Shown: positions 9,484 to 23,840, counted from the stretch's first letter. The stretch is 64,000 nt of DNA from Planctomycetota bacterium (GCA_038213805.1 JBBQSO010000002.1:64001-128000), one strand, 5' to 3'. The notes: generated by a model from the sequence alone, not told the origin. Numbers and translations are program-made.

Positions 9484-10179
9484 ATGCTGACGCTCACCGA
9501 CCTGTGCTTCTCCTACGGCGCCGTCAAGGCCGTGAACAAGGTGTCGATGGTGATGCCGGCCGGCCAGATCACCTGCGTGATGGGCCGCAACGGCGTGGGC
9601 AAGACCACGCTGATGCGCACCATCATGGGGACCTACAAGGCCGCCGCCGGCAGCATCCGCCTCGGCGAGCGCGACATCACGCCGCTGGCCGCGCACCAGC
9701 GCGCCAAGACCGGGCTGGCGCTGGTGCCTCAGGGGCGCGACATCTTCGCCAAGCTGACCGTCGCCGACAACCTGCGCATCGGCCTGGAGGCGCGCACCGA
9801 CGGCCTGCGCAAGGTGCCGGACGACATCTACGACGTCTTCCCGATCCTCAAGCAGTTCGCCAAGCGCATGGGCGGGGACCTCTCGGGCGGCCAGCAGCAG
9901 CAGCTCTCGATCGCGCGCGCCCTGACCGGCGATCCCAAGGTGCTGCTGCTCGACGAACCGACCGAGGGCATCCAGCCGAACATCATCCAGGACATCGGCG
10001 CGGTGCTCAGCCGCCTGGTCACGGAGCGCGGCATGGCGGTGGTGCTGGTCGAGCAGTACCTCGACTTCGTCAAGGAGTTCGGCAAGAGCTTCTACATCAT
10101 GAACCGCGGCCAGGTGGTGGCCTCCGGAGCGACCAGCGAGCTCAGCGATGCGCACGTCGCCGAGCACCTCAGCGTCTGA
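9484..10179 (+). CDS. urtE: Urea ABC transporter ATP-binding protein
   Basis: GRNGVGKTT, VPQGRDIF, LSGGQQQQL, DEPTEGIQPNII. Confidence 0.95.
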   Translation: MLTLTDLCFSYGAVKAVNKVSMVMPAGQITCVMGRNGVGKTTLMRTIMGTYKAAAGSIRLGERDITPLAAHQRAKTGLALVPQGRDIFAKLTVADNLRIGLEARTDGLRKVPDDIYDVFPILKQFAKRMGGDLSGGQQQQLSIARALTGDPKVLLLDEPTEGIQPNIIQDIGAVLSRLVTERGMAVVLVEQYLDFVKEFGKSFYIMNRGQVVASGATSELSDAHVAEHLSV

Positions 10180-10192
10180 AGCGGGGCTGGAC

Positions 10193-11128
10193 ATGATCCT
10201 CAGCCTGCGACCATCACCGGCCATGGCAGAGCGGGCGGACAGGGCGGTCGCGGAGCGGGTGGCGCCGGCATCTGGCGGCGACATCGGCCCGTGCGCGCCG
10301 ACGGGTCCGGCCCGCGCCCCGGCCGCCGGCAGCGGCGCGCTGCGCTGCGCTCTGGTCGACGGCGCCAGCGCGGCGGTGCACAGCTTCGCGTCCGCGCCAC
10401 TCAAGCTGCTGGTGCCACGCCCACGCGGGCCGGCGGTGTGGGCCTACGCCGCCAGCTTCGGCGGCGGCCTGCTCGCCGGCGACCGTCTCGCGGTGGAGGT
10501 CGCCGTTGGGCCAGGGGCCAGCGCCCTGCTCGGCACCCAGGCCTCAACCAAGATCTACCGCGCGGATGGTCGCGGCCCGGCGCACCAGCGGCTGACCGCG
10601 CAGGTCGCGCAGGGTGGTGTCCTGGCGCTGCTGCCGGATCCGGTGGTGGCCTTCGCTGGCGCATCCTATGAGCAGCATCAGGAGGTCGCGCTCGACCCCG
10701 GCGCCAGCCTGCTGCTGCTCGACTGGTACACCAGCGGTCGCAGCGCGCGCGATGAGCGCTGGGCCTTCACCTCCTTCCATAGCCGCAACCGCGTGCATGT
10801 GGGTGGTGCGCTGCTGGTCGACGATGCGCTGCACCTCGCGGCCGGCGCGACCCTGGCGCGGCGCATGGGCCGCTTCCACTGCTTGGCGACCGTGTTGCTG
10901 CTCGGACCGCGCTGCGCGGCGGCGGCGCAGGCGCTGCTCGCCGTGCTGGCGCTGCAACCCGTGAGCAAAGACGCGGACCTGCTCGAGAGCGCCAGCCCGC
11001 TTGGCGACGGGGCGATCCTGCGCCTGGCCGGAACCACCCACCAGGCGGTCGAGATGCGCGTGCGCGAACGGCTGGCCGCGCTCGCCACCGATCTGCTCGG
11101 CGACGATCCCTGGTCACGCAAGTCCTGA
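10193..11128 (+). CDS. ureD: Urease accessory protein UreD/UreH
   Basis: [44 protein letters not shown]-terminal PWSRK; start 10193 or 10223. Confidence 0.9.
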   Translation: MILSLRPSPAMAERADRAVAERVAPASGGDIGPCAPTGPARAPAAGSGALRCALVDGASAAVHSFASAPLKLLVPRPRGPAVWAYAASFGGGLLAGDRLAVEVAVGPGASALLGTQASTKIYRADGRGPAHQRLTAQVAQGGVLALLPDPVVAFAGASYEQHQEVALDPGASLLLLDWYTSGRSARDERWAFTSFHSRNRVHVGGALLVDDALHLAAGATLARRMGRFHCLATVLLLGPRCAAAAQALLAVLALQPVSKDADLLESASPLGDGAILRLAGTTHQAVEMRVRERLAALATDLLGDDPWSRKS

Positions 11129-11153
11129 AGCCCACGCACCGAGCGGAGCACCC

Positions 11154-11954
11154 ATGCACCTGTCCCCCCGTGAACTCGACAAGCTCGTCCTGCACCAGGT
11201 CGGCGCCCTCGCCCAGAAGCGCCTGGCGCGCGGCCTGCGCCTCAACCAGCCCGAGGCCGTCGGCCTGATCGCCACGGTGGTGCTGGAACTGATCCGCGAT
11301 GGCGACCGCAGCGTCGCCGCACTGATGGCGGTCGGGCAAACCCTGCTCGGCCGCCGCCAGGTATTGCCCGGCGTCCCCGAAATGGTCGCTGAGGTCCAGG
11401 TCGAAGGCACCTTCCGCGACGGCACCAAGCTGGTCACCGTCCACCACCCCATCGCCGCCGAGCACGGCGATCTCAGCTTGGCGCTGTACGGCAGCTTCCT
11501 TCCGGTTCCGACGGTCGCCAGCTTTGCTGGCGACCGTCCGGAGGTCCGGAAGTCCGGAAGTCCGGAAGTCGACGGCCTGGAACCGGGCGCGGTGATGGTC
11601 GAGGAGGGCGAGATCGTGTTGAACGCGGGGCGCGCGACGATCGCGCTGAGCGTCACCAACCTCGCCGACCGGCCGATCCAGGTCGGCAGCCACTACCACT
11701 TCATCGAGACCAATCCTTACCTGCGCTTCGACCGCGCCAAGGCCTACGGCAAGCGCCTCGACATCGCCGCCGGCACCGCCGTGCGCTTTGAACCCGGCGA
11801 GAGCAAGACCGTGCAGCTGGTCGACATCGCCGGCGCACGCGTCATCCGCGGCGGCAACGCCCTGGTCGACGGCCCCGCTACGCCGGCGCGTCTGGCGGAG
11901 GTGATGGCGCGGGTGCAGGAGCGGGGCTTCGCGCACCTGGCGGAACCCGGCTGA
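11154..11954 (+). CDS. ureAB: Fused urease gamma/beta subunit
   Basis: Gamma: [31 protein letters not shown]; beta: [29 protein letters not shown]. Confidence 0.95.
   Translation: MHLSPRELDKLVLHQVGALAQKRLARGLRLNQPEAVGLIATVVLELIRDGDRSVAALMAVGQTLLGRRQVLPGVPEMVAEVQVEGTFRDGTKLVTVHHPIAAEHGDLSLALYGSFLPVPTVASFAGDRPEVRKSGSPEVDGLEPGAVMVEEGEIVLNAGRATIALSVTNLADRPIQVGSHYHFIETNPYLRFDRAKAYGKRLDIAAGTAVRFEPGESKTVQLVDIAGARVIRGGNALVDGPATPARLAEVMARVQERGFAHLAEPG
11536..11570 (+). repeat. Octamer array (GTCCGGAA)x4 inside the ureAB linker
   Basis: GTCCGGAG GTCCGGAA GTCCGGAA GTCCGGAA GTC, encoding [11 protein letters not shown]. Confidence 0.9.
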
Positions 11955-11965
11955 TACCGCGCTCT

Positions 11966-12020
11966 CCCGCTTCTCGCTTCTCGCTACTCGTGACTCGTGA
12001 CTCGCTACTCGTGACTCGAA
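11966..12020. repeat. Heptamer array CTCG(CTT/CTA/TGA), about 8 units
   Basis: Fills most of the ureAB-ureC spacer. Confidence 0.9.
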
Positions 12021-12042
12021 ATTCCACCCGGACCCGACCCCC

Positions 12043-13758
<1,716 letters not shown>

Positions 13759-13765
13759 ACCTCCG

Positions 13766-14545
13766 ATGTCCGACGTCCGACGTCCAAGGTCTCCCGGAGA
13801 GTCCACCGCAAGCACGGGCGACGTCGCGTCCCAGGACAGCGGACTGCGCGTGCCGGATGTCCGACCCACCACCTCCGACATCGAAGCCGGATTCCTTTAC
13901 CTGCAGCTCGCCGACTCCGCCTTCCCGACCGGCGGCTTCGCGCATTCGGCGGGCCTGGAGGCGGCGTGGCAGCTCGGCGAGGTGCGCGGGCAGGACGCGC
14001 TCGCGGCGTGGCTGGCGGACGCGCTCGCGCAGCATGGCGAGGCGGTACTCCCCTTCGCGGCGGCGGCGCACGACGGCGTGCTGCCCTACGCAGACATCGA
14101 CCGGCGCTGCGACGCCACCATCACCAACCACATCGCCAACCGCGCCAGCCGCGCGCTCGGCCATGGCCTGCTCGCCGCGGCGGTCGCGGCCTTCCCGGTC
14201 CCGGCCGTGGCGGAGCTGCGGACCACGGTGCGCGCCGCCCGCCTGCCCGGGCACCTCGCTCCGCTGGGGGGCGCGGTCGGGGCCGCGCTCGGCCTGAGCC
14301 GCGACGCCACCCTGCGCCTGCTGCTCTTCCAGCATCTGCGCGGACTGGTCTCGAGCGCGGTCCGCCTGGCCATCATCGGCCCGCTCGCCGGCCAGCGGCT
14401 GCAACACCGCATGGCCGGCAACGCCGCCGCGGTGCTGGTGGCCAGCGCTGGGCGCGGGATCGATGACGTCGCCACCAGCGCGCCGCTCCACGATCTCTGC
14501 CACGGCCATCACGACCGCCTCTATTCCCGGTTGTTCTCGAGCTGA
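13766..14545 (+). CDS. ureF: Urease accessory protein UreF
   Basis: LQLADSAFPTGGFAHSAGLE, SAVRLAIIGP, YSRLFSS; true start may be GTG 13850 because the 5' end overlaps a TCCGACG heptamer array (13762-13789). Confidence 0.92.
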   Translation: MSDVRRPRSPGESTASTGDVASQDSGLRVPDVRPTTSDIEAGFLYLQLADSAFPTGGFAHSAGLEAAWQLGEVRGQDALAAWLADALAQHGEAVLPFAAAAHDGVLPYADIDRRCDATITNHIANRASRALGHGLLAAAVAAFPVPAVAELRTTVRAARLPGHLAPLGGAVGAALGLSRDATLRLLLFQHLRGLVSSAVRLAIIGPLAGQRLQHRMAGNAAAVLVASAGRGIDDVATSAPLHDLCHGHHDRLYSRLFSS

Positions 14546-14658
14546 CGTGCGCCGCGCTTCCGCCTGCCATTGCAATGAATGCTCTGCCCGGATGATCCGC
14601 GCCATCCCGCGTCCGCCGCGTCCGCTTCGCCCATCCCTGCCGCCGGAGAGCCCAGCCG

Positions 14659-15849
14659 ATGCTCCTGTACGACCGCGTCAGCCCACGCCTGTCGTCGCTG
14701 CTCGACCTGGCGCGCTGGAGTGCGGCCTGGCTGGTGCTGGTCAGCCACGTGCGCAGCCTGCTGTTCCAGGACTGGTCGGTGCTGCCGCCCGCGGGCCGCG
14801 GCCCGCTCACCGCGGCCTTCTACCTGCTCACCGGCCTTGGCCACCAGGCGGTGATGGTGTTCTTCGTGCTCAGCGGCTTCCTGGTCGGCGGCTCGGTGCT
14901 GAACGACCTGCGCCGCGAGCGCTTCTCGCTGGCGCGCTACGCCATCAACCGCGTGTCGCGGCTGTACGTGGTGCTGCTGCCGGCGCTGGCCCTTGGCTGG
15001 CTGATCGACAGCGCCGGCAGCACGTGGTTCGCGGCCGAGGGCATCTACAGCGGGCATTGGCCGCAGCCGCTCGCGGCGCTGCAGTACTCCGTGGTCGAAC
15101 GTCTCCAGCCGCTGACCGCCTTGGCCAGTGCGGCCAATCTGCAGACCATCGTCGCGCCGCCGCTCGGCAGCAATGGCCCGCTGTGGAGCCTGGCCAACGA
15201 GTTCTGGTACTATGTGCTCTTCCCGCTGCTGACCCTGCCGCTGTTCCTGCGCGGCCACATGCTCGCCAGCGGCGCCTGTCTGGTAGTGGCCGCTGCGGTG
15301 GCGTGGCTGACCCATCCCGAGATTCTCGCCTTCGGTGCCGTGTGGCTGCTGGGCGTACTGGTGCGGCTGTGTCCGTGGCGCTTGCCGGCGCCGTTGTGGC
15401 TGGGCGGTGGCGTGGTGGTGCTGGCCGCGCTGACCAGTTCACGCCTCGCGCACCTCGACCTGGGCCGCTGGGTCGGCTTCGCCAACGACGTGGTGCTGAG
15501 CCTGATCTTCACCGTGTTCCTGCTCAGCGCGATGTCCGACCGCGGCAGCGCACCGTTGCCTGGGCAGCGGCTGTCCGCGGCGCTGGCGAACTGCTCGTAC
15601 AGCCTCTACCTGCTGCACTTCCCCATGCTGCTGCTGCTCTGCACCGCGGTACAGCACGCCTGGGGATGCGGCCTGTCGCAGCCGCCCGGCGTCACCACCT
15701 TCGCGCTCTTCGCCGGCCTGACTGCGCTGCTGAGCGCCTACGCCTTCGGCGTCGCCCAGCTCACCGAGCGGCACACCAACGCCATCCGCGACGCACTGCA
15801 GCGCCTGCTGCTGCGCCAGCCGCGTCCGGCCGCGCCCCCGGCTACCTGA
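14659..15849 (+). CDS. Acyltransferase-3 (OafA/YrhL family) membrane O-acyltransferase
   Basis: [56 protein letters not shown]. Confidence 0.9.
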   Translation: MLLYDRVSPRLSSLLDLARWSAAWLVLVSHVRSLLFQDWSVLPPAGRGPLTAAFYLLTGLGHQAVMVFFVLSGFLVGGSVLNDLRRERFSLARYAINRVSRLYVVLLPALALGWLIDSAGSTWFAAEGIYSGHWPQPLAALQYSVVERLQPLTALASAANLQTIVAPPLGSNGPLWSLANEFWYYVLFPLLTLPLFLRGHMLASGACLVVAAAVAWLTHPEILAFGAVWLLGVLVRLCPWRLPAPLWLGGGVVVLAALTSSRLAHLDLGRWVGFANDVVLSLIFTVFLLSAMSDRGSAPLPGQRLSAALANCSYSLYLLHFPMLLLLCTAVQHAWGCGLSQPPGVTTFALFAGLTALLSAYAFGVAQLTERHTNAIRDALQRLLLRQPRPAAPPAT

Positions 15850-15877
15850 TCCCGACCGCCCGCCGCCAGGACCCGCC

Positions 15878-16627
15878 ATGATGACCACCCCCAGCTCCGA
15901 CCACGACCACGGCCACGGCCACCACCACGGCCCTGGCGGCCACACCCATGAGCATCTGGACCACGCCGGCCGCTTCCACGAACGTGAACAGCCGCTGGCG
16001 CGCGATTTCAGCGAGCGCGCCTTCACCGTCGGCATCGGCGGCCCGGTCGGCAGCGGCAAGACCGCGCTGATGCTGCAGCTGTGCCGGCGCCTGCGCACGA
16101 CCATGAACATCGCTGCGGTGACCAACGACATCTTCACCAAGGAGGACGGCGAGTTCCTGATCCGCAACGAGGCCCTCGAAGCCGGCCGCATCCGCGCCGT
16201 CGAGACCGGCGGCTGCCCGCACGCCGCGATCCGCGAGGACATCACCGCCAACCTGATGGCGCTCGAGGAGCTGCATGGCCTTTATCAGCCGCAGCTGCTG
16301 CTCATCGAGTCGGGCGGCGACAACCTCGCCGCAAACTACAGCCGCGAGCTGGCCGACTACATCATCTACGTCATCGACGTCGCCGGCGGCGACAAGGTGC
16401 CGCGCAAAGGCGGGCCCGGCATCACCCAGTCCGACCTCTTCATCATCAATAAGACCGACCTCGCCACCGCCGTCGGAGCCGATCTCGCCGTCATGGAGCG
16501 CGATACCGTGAAGATGCGCGGCGGCGGACCCTACGTCTTCGCCCAGGTCAAGCAGGGCGTGGGCGTCGAGGACATCGTGGACCATATCGTGCATGCGTGG
16601 CAGCATGCGACGGGGATCGCGCATTGA
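15878..16627 (+). CDS. ureG: Urease accessory GTPase UreG with His-rich N-terminus
   Basis: [41 protein letters not shown]-terminal [19 protein letters not shown]. Confidence 0.97.
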   Translation: MMTTPSSDHDHGHGHHHGPGGHTHEHLDHAGRFHEREQPLARDFSERAFTVGIGGPVGSGKTALMLQLCRRLRTTMNIAAVTNDIFTKEDGEFLIRNEALEAGRIRAVETGGCPHAAIREDITANLMALEELHGLYQPQLLLIESGGDNLAANYSRELADYIIYVIDVAGGDKVPRKGGPGITQSDLFIINKTDLATAVGADLAVMERDTVKMRGGGPYVFAQVKQGVGVEDIVDHIVHAWQHATGIAH

Positions 16628-16670
16628 GTCGCAGGGGCGCGACCGACAGGAAGCGGGAGAAGACCAGAGA

Positions 16671-16834
16671 CGCGGAGACGCGGAGATCGGATGAGGTCGA
16701 AGGGGCTGGGGCCGCCATGCGACCAGCGCTGCGGCTGCTCCGCCAGGGCGAAGGCTCGCGACGTTGTGCGCGAGGGGTCACGCGCGCCTCCAGCCGCTCC
16801 CCGGCCGTCCTCCTCCGATCTCCGCGCCTCCGCG
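16671..16834. repeat. Long inverted repeat between convergent genes
   Basis: 16671-16690 CGCGGAGACGCGGAGATCGG pairs with 16815-16834 (19/20). Confidence 0.8.
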
Positions 16835-16867
16835 CCGCCTGTTCGCTCAGAGCAACCGCGGCGATCG

Positions 16868-17653
16868 TTATTTCTTCTTCGCCACCGGATGCGTCGTCGG
16901 CAGGTTCTTGACGATCTCGGTCGCCTCGGGCGTGGTCGCGGGGTGGCCCCAGCCGCTCGGGCTCTTGCCGTCGGCGAAGTCGATGACCAGGTTGTCGTCG
17001 CCGGTCGGGCTGACGCCGCCGGGGATGTGGTCGAGGCCGAGCGCGTGGCGCAGCTTCCAGGCGATGATGTGATCGGCGACCGAGCTGTCTCCGGACAGGC
17101 CCAGGCCGCCGAGCAGGACGCCGCCATCGGCGTAGAGCGCGAGGCCGCCGCCGAAGACGTTCACGCCGCCGATGCGCTCGCCGATCATCGGGTCGTCCTT
17201 GGTGCCGAAGTACTTGGCCTTGCCCTTGTAAGCGACCTCGGGGTCGACCGGGTTGGAGGCCTGCAGGCCGAACAGGCTGCCGCCGGGCTGGGTGGCGGCG
17301 TAGAGCTGGCCGGTGCCGAGCGCCAAGCCGGGCAGGCTGAAGGCGTTGGCAGTGTTGGCCTTCTGCGCCGCGATCACCCGGCTGCCCGGCCACTGGTCGC
17401 CGCGGTCGGCGCCGGTAAAGGTCACCACGCGCACCACCGCGTCGCGGTCGACCAGGGTCGCCCACATGTTCAGGCCGAAGCCGCCATTCTTCTCCTTGAT
17501 CACCAGTTGCAGGGCCGAGCGCACCGTCGCGGCATCCGGCAGGTCGGCACTGGCCGCGTTCAGCGCTGGACCGCTGGCCAGGACGCCGGCACAGGCGATC
17601 AGCCAAGTGGCCAGGAACCGGGTGAATGAAGTGAACGGGGATGCGAGGGACAT
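16868..17653 (-). CDS. Secreted heme-binding protein (GlcG/HbpS, DUF336-like)
   Basis: Signal peptide; WATLVDRD, IAAQKANTANAF, FGGGLALY, GGLGLSGD. Confidence 0.8.
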   Translation of the reverse strand: MSLASPFTSFTRFLATWLIACAGVLASGPALNAASADLPDAATVRSALQLVIKEKNGGFGLNMWATLVDRDAVVRVVTFTGADRGDQWPGSRVIAAQKANTANAFSLPGLALGTGQLYAATQPGGSLFGLQASNPVDPEVAYKGKAKYFGTKDDPMIGERIGGVNVFGGGLALYADGGVLLGGLGLSGDSSVADHIIAWKLRHALGLDHIPGGVSPTGDDNLVIDFADGKSPSGWGHPATTPEATEIVKNLPTTHPVAKKK

Positions 17654-17931
17654 GGAAGGCCTCCTTGGCCGGTGGTGTTCTGGATGACTGGCGCAACCTA
17701 TGGGGGTCTAGAACGGCGGAACGCTGGTTGATACCGGCGTCGACGCGTGCCGGGCGACCCACGACAAGCCCGACCCTGGACAAGCCGCCATCGGTTGCAA
17801 GTCCGTGTCCGCTCTGGTGTGGAGCCCTGGCGCACCTCCCGAATACTCCGGCGCGGTGGAACAAACCGGCAGCCGCCGACCTCTGCGCCCATGCCCAGCC
17901 CCGCATTGACGCCGCAAGCCCACGTGCTGGA

Positions 17932-19812
17932 ATGACCTACGCAGACGCACGCGAGGCCGCGCCGGTGCCTCGCAGGAGCCAGGGGATGTTCCGTTCCGCC
18001 ATCGTAGATCCGCCCGGTCCCCACGCCGAGCCGCAATTGGCGACGCGCCTGGCATCCATCACCAAGGGGGGCGCGGACGGCACGCGTCGCAACCCGTTGT
18101 CCGCCTACCTCCACCTGGTCGAGGGCAAGGCTCGCCTGATCCCCGGGGTGTGGCTGCTGCAGAACCTGCGCAACGCGCCGACCTACCTCTTCCCGCTGCT
18201 CATCAAACACATCTACGACATGCTCAAGGACGCGCCGGAGCGCGTCATGGGCGAACTCGGCTGGGTGCTCGCCGCGTCGTTCCTGATGTGCGTGCTGAAC
18301 GTGATGGCCACCGTGGGGCAGACGCGGCTGCGCTCGTGCCAGCGCCGCCGCCTGACCGCGAACCTGCGCACCTCGCTGGTGCGCCGGCTCAACAAGCTGA
18401 CCTTCATCTTCCACGACCGCTCGCAGGCGGGCATGCTGCAGAACAAGTTCGTGCTCGACATCAACCGCCTTGAGGAGATCGAGAGCTACCTCGCCGAGAA
18501 CGTGCTGATGCAGGGCACCTCGATCCTGATCATGCTGGTGATCGTGTGGCACATCAACCCGTGGTTCCTGCTCGTGCTCGGTCTGATCGTGCCGACCAAC
18601 CTGATCATGGCCAAGCTGCTGTGGCCGCCGATGCGCAAGCGCAGCGAGGAGTTCCGCGTTGCCGAGTCGGGCTTCATGGCCTCGCTGACCGAGGCCCTGC
18701 ACGCGGTGCGGCTGACGCGCGCGCACGCGGTCGAGGAGTTCGCCGAGCAGCGGCTGAGCGGCGCCGCGCACACCGTCGCCGAGACCGGCATCCGCGTCGA
18801 TCTCACGCACGCTTTCTTCGGCTCCACCGGCTGGGCGGTGGGCTCGATCCTCAACATGCTGGTGGTGGCGGTCGGCGCGTGGCTGTGCGTGCGCGACCAG
18901 ATCGGCTTCGGCGACCTGTTCGTGTTCTTCACCTACTACCAGATGATCGCCGGCAGCATGAGCGGCATCGTCAACGGCATCCCGGCGATCGCCTCGGCGA
19001 GCGATGCGATCTCCTCCCTGGCCGAGCTCTACGACACCGAGAGCGAGGAGCGCAACAGCGGCAAGCCGGAACTGCCGGCAGTACGCGGCGAGGTCACGCT
19101 GCGCGGCGTCTCCTTCACCTACCCGGGCAGCAACCGGCACAGCGTGCGCGACGTCACCATCGACATCCCCCAGGGCACCTCGCTGGCGCTGGTCGGTCCG
19201 TCCGGCTCGGGCAAGAGCACCATCGCCAGCCTGGTGCTCGGGCTCTATGAACCGCAGCAAGGCGCGGTGCTGATCGACGGGCACGACCTGCGCGCGGTCG
19301 ACCGCCGCAGCATCCGCCGCCACGTCGGCGTGGTCAGCCAGGACGTGGTGCTGTTCCACGACACCATCGCCGGCAACATCAGCTGGGGCGACGCCAATCC
19401 CGACGCCGCGCGCGTGCGCGAGGCCGCGCGACGCGCCAACGCCGAAGCCTTCATCACCGCCATGGCGCAGGGCTACGACACCGTGCTCGGCGACCGCGGC
19501 CTGGGCCTGTCCGGCGGCCAGCGCCAGCGCCTGGCGATCGCGCGCGCCCTCTACCGCGACCCCAAGCTGCTCATCCTCGACGAGGCGACCAGCGCCCTCG
19601 ACCCCGAGAGCGAGCGTTTGGTACAGCTCGCCCTCGACGAGCTGATGAAGGGCCGCACCACCCTGATCATCGCCCACCGCCTGTCAACGGTGCGCGGCGC
19701 CAACCGCATCGTCGTGCTCGAAGAGGGCCAGGTGAGCGAGACCGGTACCTTCGCCGAGCTGATGGAGCAGAGGCGCGCGTTCTTCAAGCTGGCGAACGGG
19801 CAGCTGATCTAG
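17932..19812 (+). CDS. ABC exporter, fused TMD+NBD half-transporter
   Basis: Hydrophobic N-domain; GPSGSGKST, VSQD, LSGGQRQRLAIARA, LILDEATSALD, IAHRLST; start 17932 or 17986. Confidence 0.92.
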   Translation: MTYADAREAAPVPRRSQGMFRSAIVDPPGPHAEPQLATRLASITKGGADGTRRNPLSAYLHLVEGKARLIPGVWLLQNLRNAPTYLFPLLIKHIYDMLKDAPERVMGELGWVLAASFLMCVLNVMATVGQTRLRSCQRRRLTANLRTSLVRRLNKLTFIFHDRSQAGMLQNKFVLDINRLEEIESYLAENVLMQGTSILIMLVIVWHINPWFLLVLGLIVPTNLIMAKLLWPPMRKRSEEFRVAESGFMASLTEALHAVRLTRAHAVEEFAEQRLSGAAHTVAETGIRVDLTHAFFGSTGWAVGSILNMLVVAVGAWLCVRDQIGFGDLFVFFTYYQMIAGSMSGIVNGIPAIASASDAISSLAELYDTESEERNSGKPELPAVRGEVTLRGVSFTYPGSNRHSVRDVTIDIPQGTSLALVGPSGSGKSTIASLVLGLYEPQQGAVLIDGHDLRAVDRRSIRRHVGVVSQDVVLFHDTIAGNISWGDANPDAARVREAARRANAEAFITAMAQGYDTVLGDRGLGLSGGQRQRLAIARALYRDPKLLILDEATSALDPESERLVQLALDELMKGRTTLIIAHRLSTVRGANRIVVLEEGQVSETGTFAELMEQRRAFFKLANGQLI

Positions 19813-19823
19813 AGAGAGAGAGA

Positions 19824-20184
19824 GTCCGGAAGTCCGGAAGTCGGAGGCGACCGCAGCGAGGTGCAGAGTTCGGTTCGAGGATGGAATGCCCATATCCGAT
19901 TCCGGGTCGGAATTAGGGATAGGGATATGCCAATCCGACTCCGCTGTTCGCCCCAGCGTCGCAATCCCATTCCGCGCCGAACGGGCATTCCCCCTGGAAA
20001 GCGGCGTCGGTGACCTAGCATGCCGGCGGCATCGCCACGGTACGAAAGTGCCCATGCCGACCTCAATCGCCGCTCAGACACGCCATGCATGCGCAGTCAC
20101 AAATGTGTCGAATCCGCTTCAGGGCCCTTCCCCGACCCCGGCCACCGCGACTTCCGGACTGCCGGACCCCGGACTTCCGGACTG
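19824..20184. repeat. Inverted pair of GTCCGGAA/GACTTCCG octamer arrays
   Basis: Forward units 19824-19842, reverse units 20149-20184. Confidence 0.8.
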
Positions 20185-20188
20185 CTCT

Positions 20189-20198
20189 TCAACGTTGA
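20189..20198. promoter_or_regulatory. Possible LacI-family operator
   Basis: Perfect palindrome TCAACGTTGA with central CG, overlapping TTGACT, upstream of a sugar ABC operon. Confidence 0.3.
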
Positions 20199-20243
20199 CT
20201 ACGGCCGTCTGTTCATATTAACACAGCCCACTCCGGAGCCGCC

Positions 20244-21239
20244 ATGCCCATCCGCCTTTGCGCCCTGCTGATGCTTTCATGGTTCGCCGCCGGCCTCCAC
20301 GCCGCTGACGCCAAGCCGCTGACCATCGCGGTCATCCCCAAAGGCACCACCCACGAGTTCTGGAAGACCATCCACGCGGGCGCGGTCAAGGCGCAGCGCG
20401 AGCTGGCCGCCGCCGGCCAGCCGGTGAAGATCATCTGGAAGGGTCCGCTCAAAGAGGACGACCGCACCGCGCAGATCGACGTCGTGCAGAACTTCCTCGC
20501 CCAAGGCGTCAGTGGCATCGTGCTCGCGCCGCTCGACAGCAAGGCCCTGGTCGCGCCGGTGAAGGATGCGATGGAGGCGGGCATCCCGACCGTGATCATC
20601 GATTCCGGCCTGAAGTACGACCAGGTCACCAGCTTCATCGCCACCGACAACTACGCTGGTGGCGCCAAGGCGGCGGAGCGCATGGGCGTGGTGCTCGCTG
20701 GCAAGGGCCGCGTGCTGGTCCTGCGCTACATGGTCGGCTCGGCGAGCACCGAGCAGCGCGAGGCGGGCTTCCTGGACACCATCGCCAAGAAGTTCCCGGA
20801 CATCAAGATCGTCTCGAGCGACCAGTACGCCGGCGCCACCCGTGAGCAGGCCCAGACCGCAGCGCAGAATCTGCTCGCCGCGATGAAGGACAAGATCGAC
20901 GCGGTGTTCACCTCGAACGAGTCGGCCTGCGCGGGCATGATCCAGGCGATCAAGTCCTTCAACCTCGACGGCAAGCTCAAGCACATCGGCTTCGACGCCA
21001 GCGAGCCGCTGATCAAGGCGCTCAAGGCCGGTGCAGTGCAGGGCCTGGTGGTGCAGGATCCGTTCAAGATGGGCTATCTGGGCGTGATGACGGTGGTCGC
21101 CAAGCTCCAGGGCAAGACGGTCGAGGCCAAGGTCGACACCCCGGTGCAGCTCGTCACCCCCGAGAACATCACCACGCCCGAGATCCAGGCGCTGATCTCG
21201 CCGCAGCTGACTGACTACATCGACGATGCCGGCAAGTGA
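20244..21239 (+). CDS. Sugar ABC transporter substrate-binding protein (RbsB-like)
   Basis: Signal peptide; IAVIPKGTTHEFW, IATDNYAGG, IGFD, VVQDPFKMGY. Confidence 0.92.
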   Translation: MPIRLCALLMLSWFAAGLHAADAKPLTIAVIPKGTTHEFWKTIHAGAVKAQRELAAAGQPVKIIWKGPLKEDDRTAQIDVVQNFLAQGVSGIVLAPLDSKALVAPVKDAMEAGIPTVIIDSGLKYDQVTSFIATDNYAGGAKAAERMGVVLAGKGRVLVLRYMVGSASTEQREAGFLDTIAKKFPDIKIVSSDQYAGATREQAQTAAQNLLAAMKDKIDAVFTSNESACAGMIQAIKSFNLDGKLKHIGFDASEPLIKALKAGAVQGLVVQDPFKMGYLGVMTVVAKLQGKTVEAKVDTPVQLVTPENITTPEIQALISPQLTDYIDDAGK

Positions 21240-21272
21240 AGCGCGCGGACGGCGGACGGAGCGCATGCCACG

Positions 21273-22777
<1,505 letters not shown>

Positions 22778-22781
<4 letters not shown>

Positions 22782-23824
22782 TGTCAGTCCCGCAACCCGC
22801 CATGCTGGGCGGGAACACCAGACCGTCGCTGGCGCGCCTGCTCGCCGTGCTCGGCCCGCTGCTCGCCCTGCTGCTGCTGTGGGTCGGCTTCGGCGTCGCC
22901 GTCGCGCTCAACGCCGATGCCGACACCATCAACCGCTGGTCGTTCTTCGGCATCGCCAACCAGAAGCTGATGCTCGAGCAGTCGGCGATCGTCATCGTCG
23001 CGGCCTGCGGCATGACCATGATCATCGTCTCGGGCGGCATCGACCTCAGCGCCGGCTCGGTGATCGCGCTGTCCAGCGTGGTCGCGGCGCTGGCGCTGCG
23101 CGCTGGCTGGGGCCCATGCGCGGCGGTGGGCGCGGCGATCGCCACCGGCGCGGTCGCCGGCGCGATCAACGGCGCGATCGTCAGCTGGGGGCGCCTGGTG
23201 CCCTTCATCGTCACCCTGGGCATGATGGGCGTGGCGCGGGGCCTGGCGAAAGGCTTCGCCGGCAACCAGTCGGTCAACTTCGAGGATGACCACCTCGCCG
23301 TCCTGATGCACACCCCGCGCAGCGGTCCGAACTCGTCACTGTTCGTGCAGGTGCTGGGCGTTGCGCCGGGCGTGTGGATCGCGCTCGGCCTGGTACTGCT
23401 CACCGCGCTGCTGATGTCGCGTACGGTGTTCGGCCGCTACATCTACGCGCTCGGCTCGAACGAGGCGGCGGCGCGGCTGTGCGGCATCTCGGTGCAGCGC
23501 ACCAAGTTCTTCATCTACGCACTTGCCGGCGCCGCCGTCGGCCTGGGCGGCGCGCTCGAGACGGCACGACTGTCGGTCGGCGATCCGAGCACCGCGGCCG
23601 GGCGCGAGCTCGACGTGATCGCCGCGGTGGTGATCGGCGGCGCCTCGCTGGCGGGTGGCACCGGTACGGTGTTCGGCGCGGCGATCGGCGCACTGATCAC
23701 CGCCGTACTGCGCAGCGGCAGCCAGCAGATGGGCTGGCCCACCTACGTGCAGGAGATCATCATCGGCCTGGTGATCGTGCTGGCGGTGGCGGTCGACCGC
23801 CTGCGGCAGCGCCGCCGCGATTGA
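22778..23824 (+). CDS. Sugar ABC transporter permease (RbsC-like)
   Basis: GGIDLSAGS, PFIVTLG, GRYIYALGSNEAAARLCGI, ELDVIAAVVIGGASLAGG. Confidence 0.95.
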
Positions 23825-23840
23825 TGGGACGGGCCGCCGC

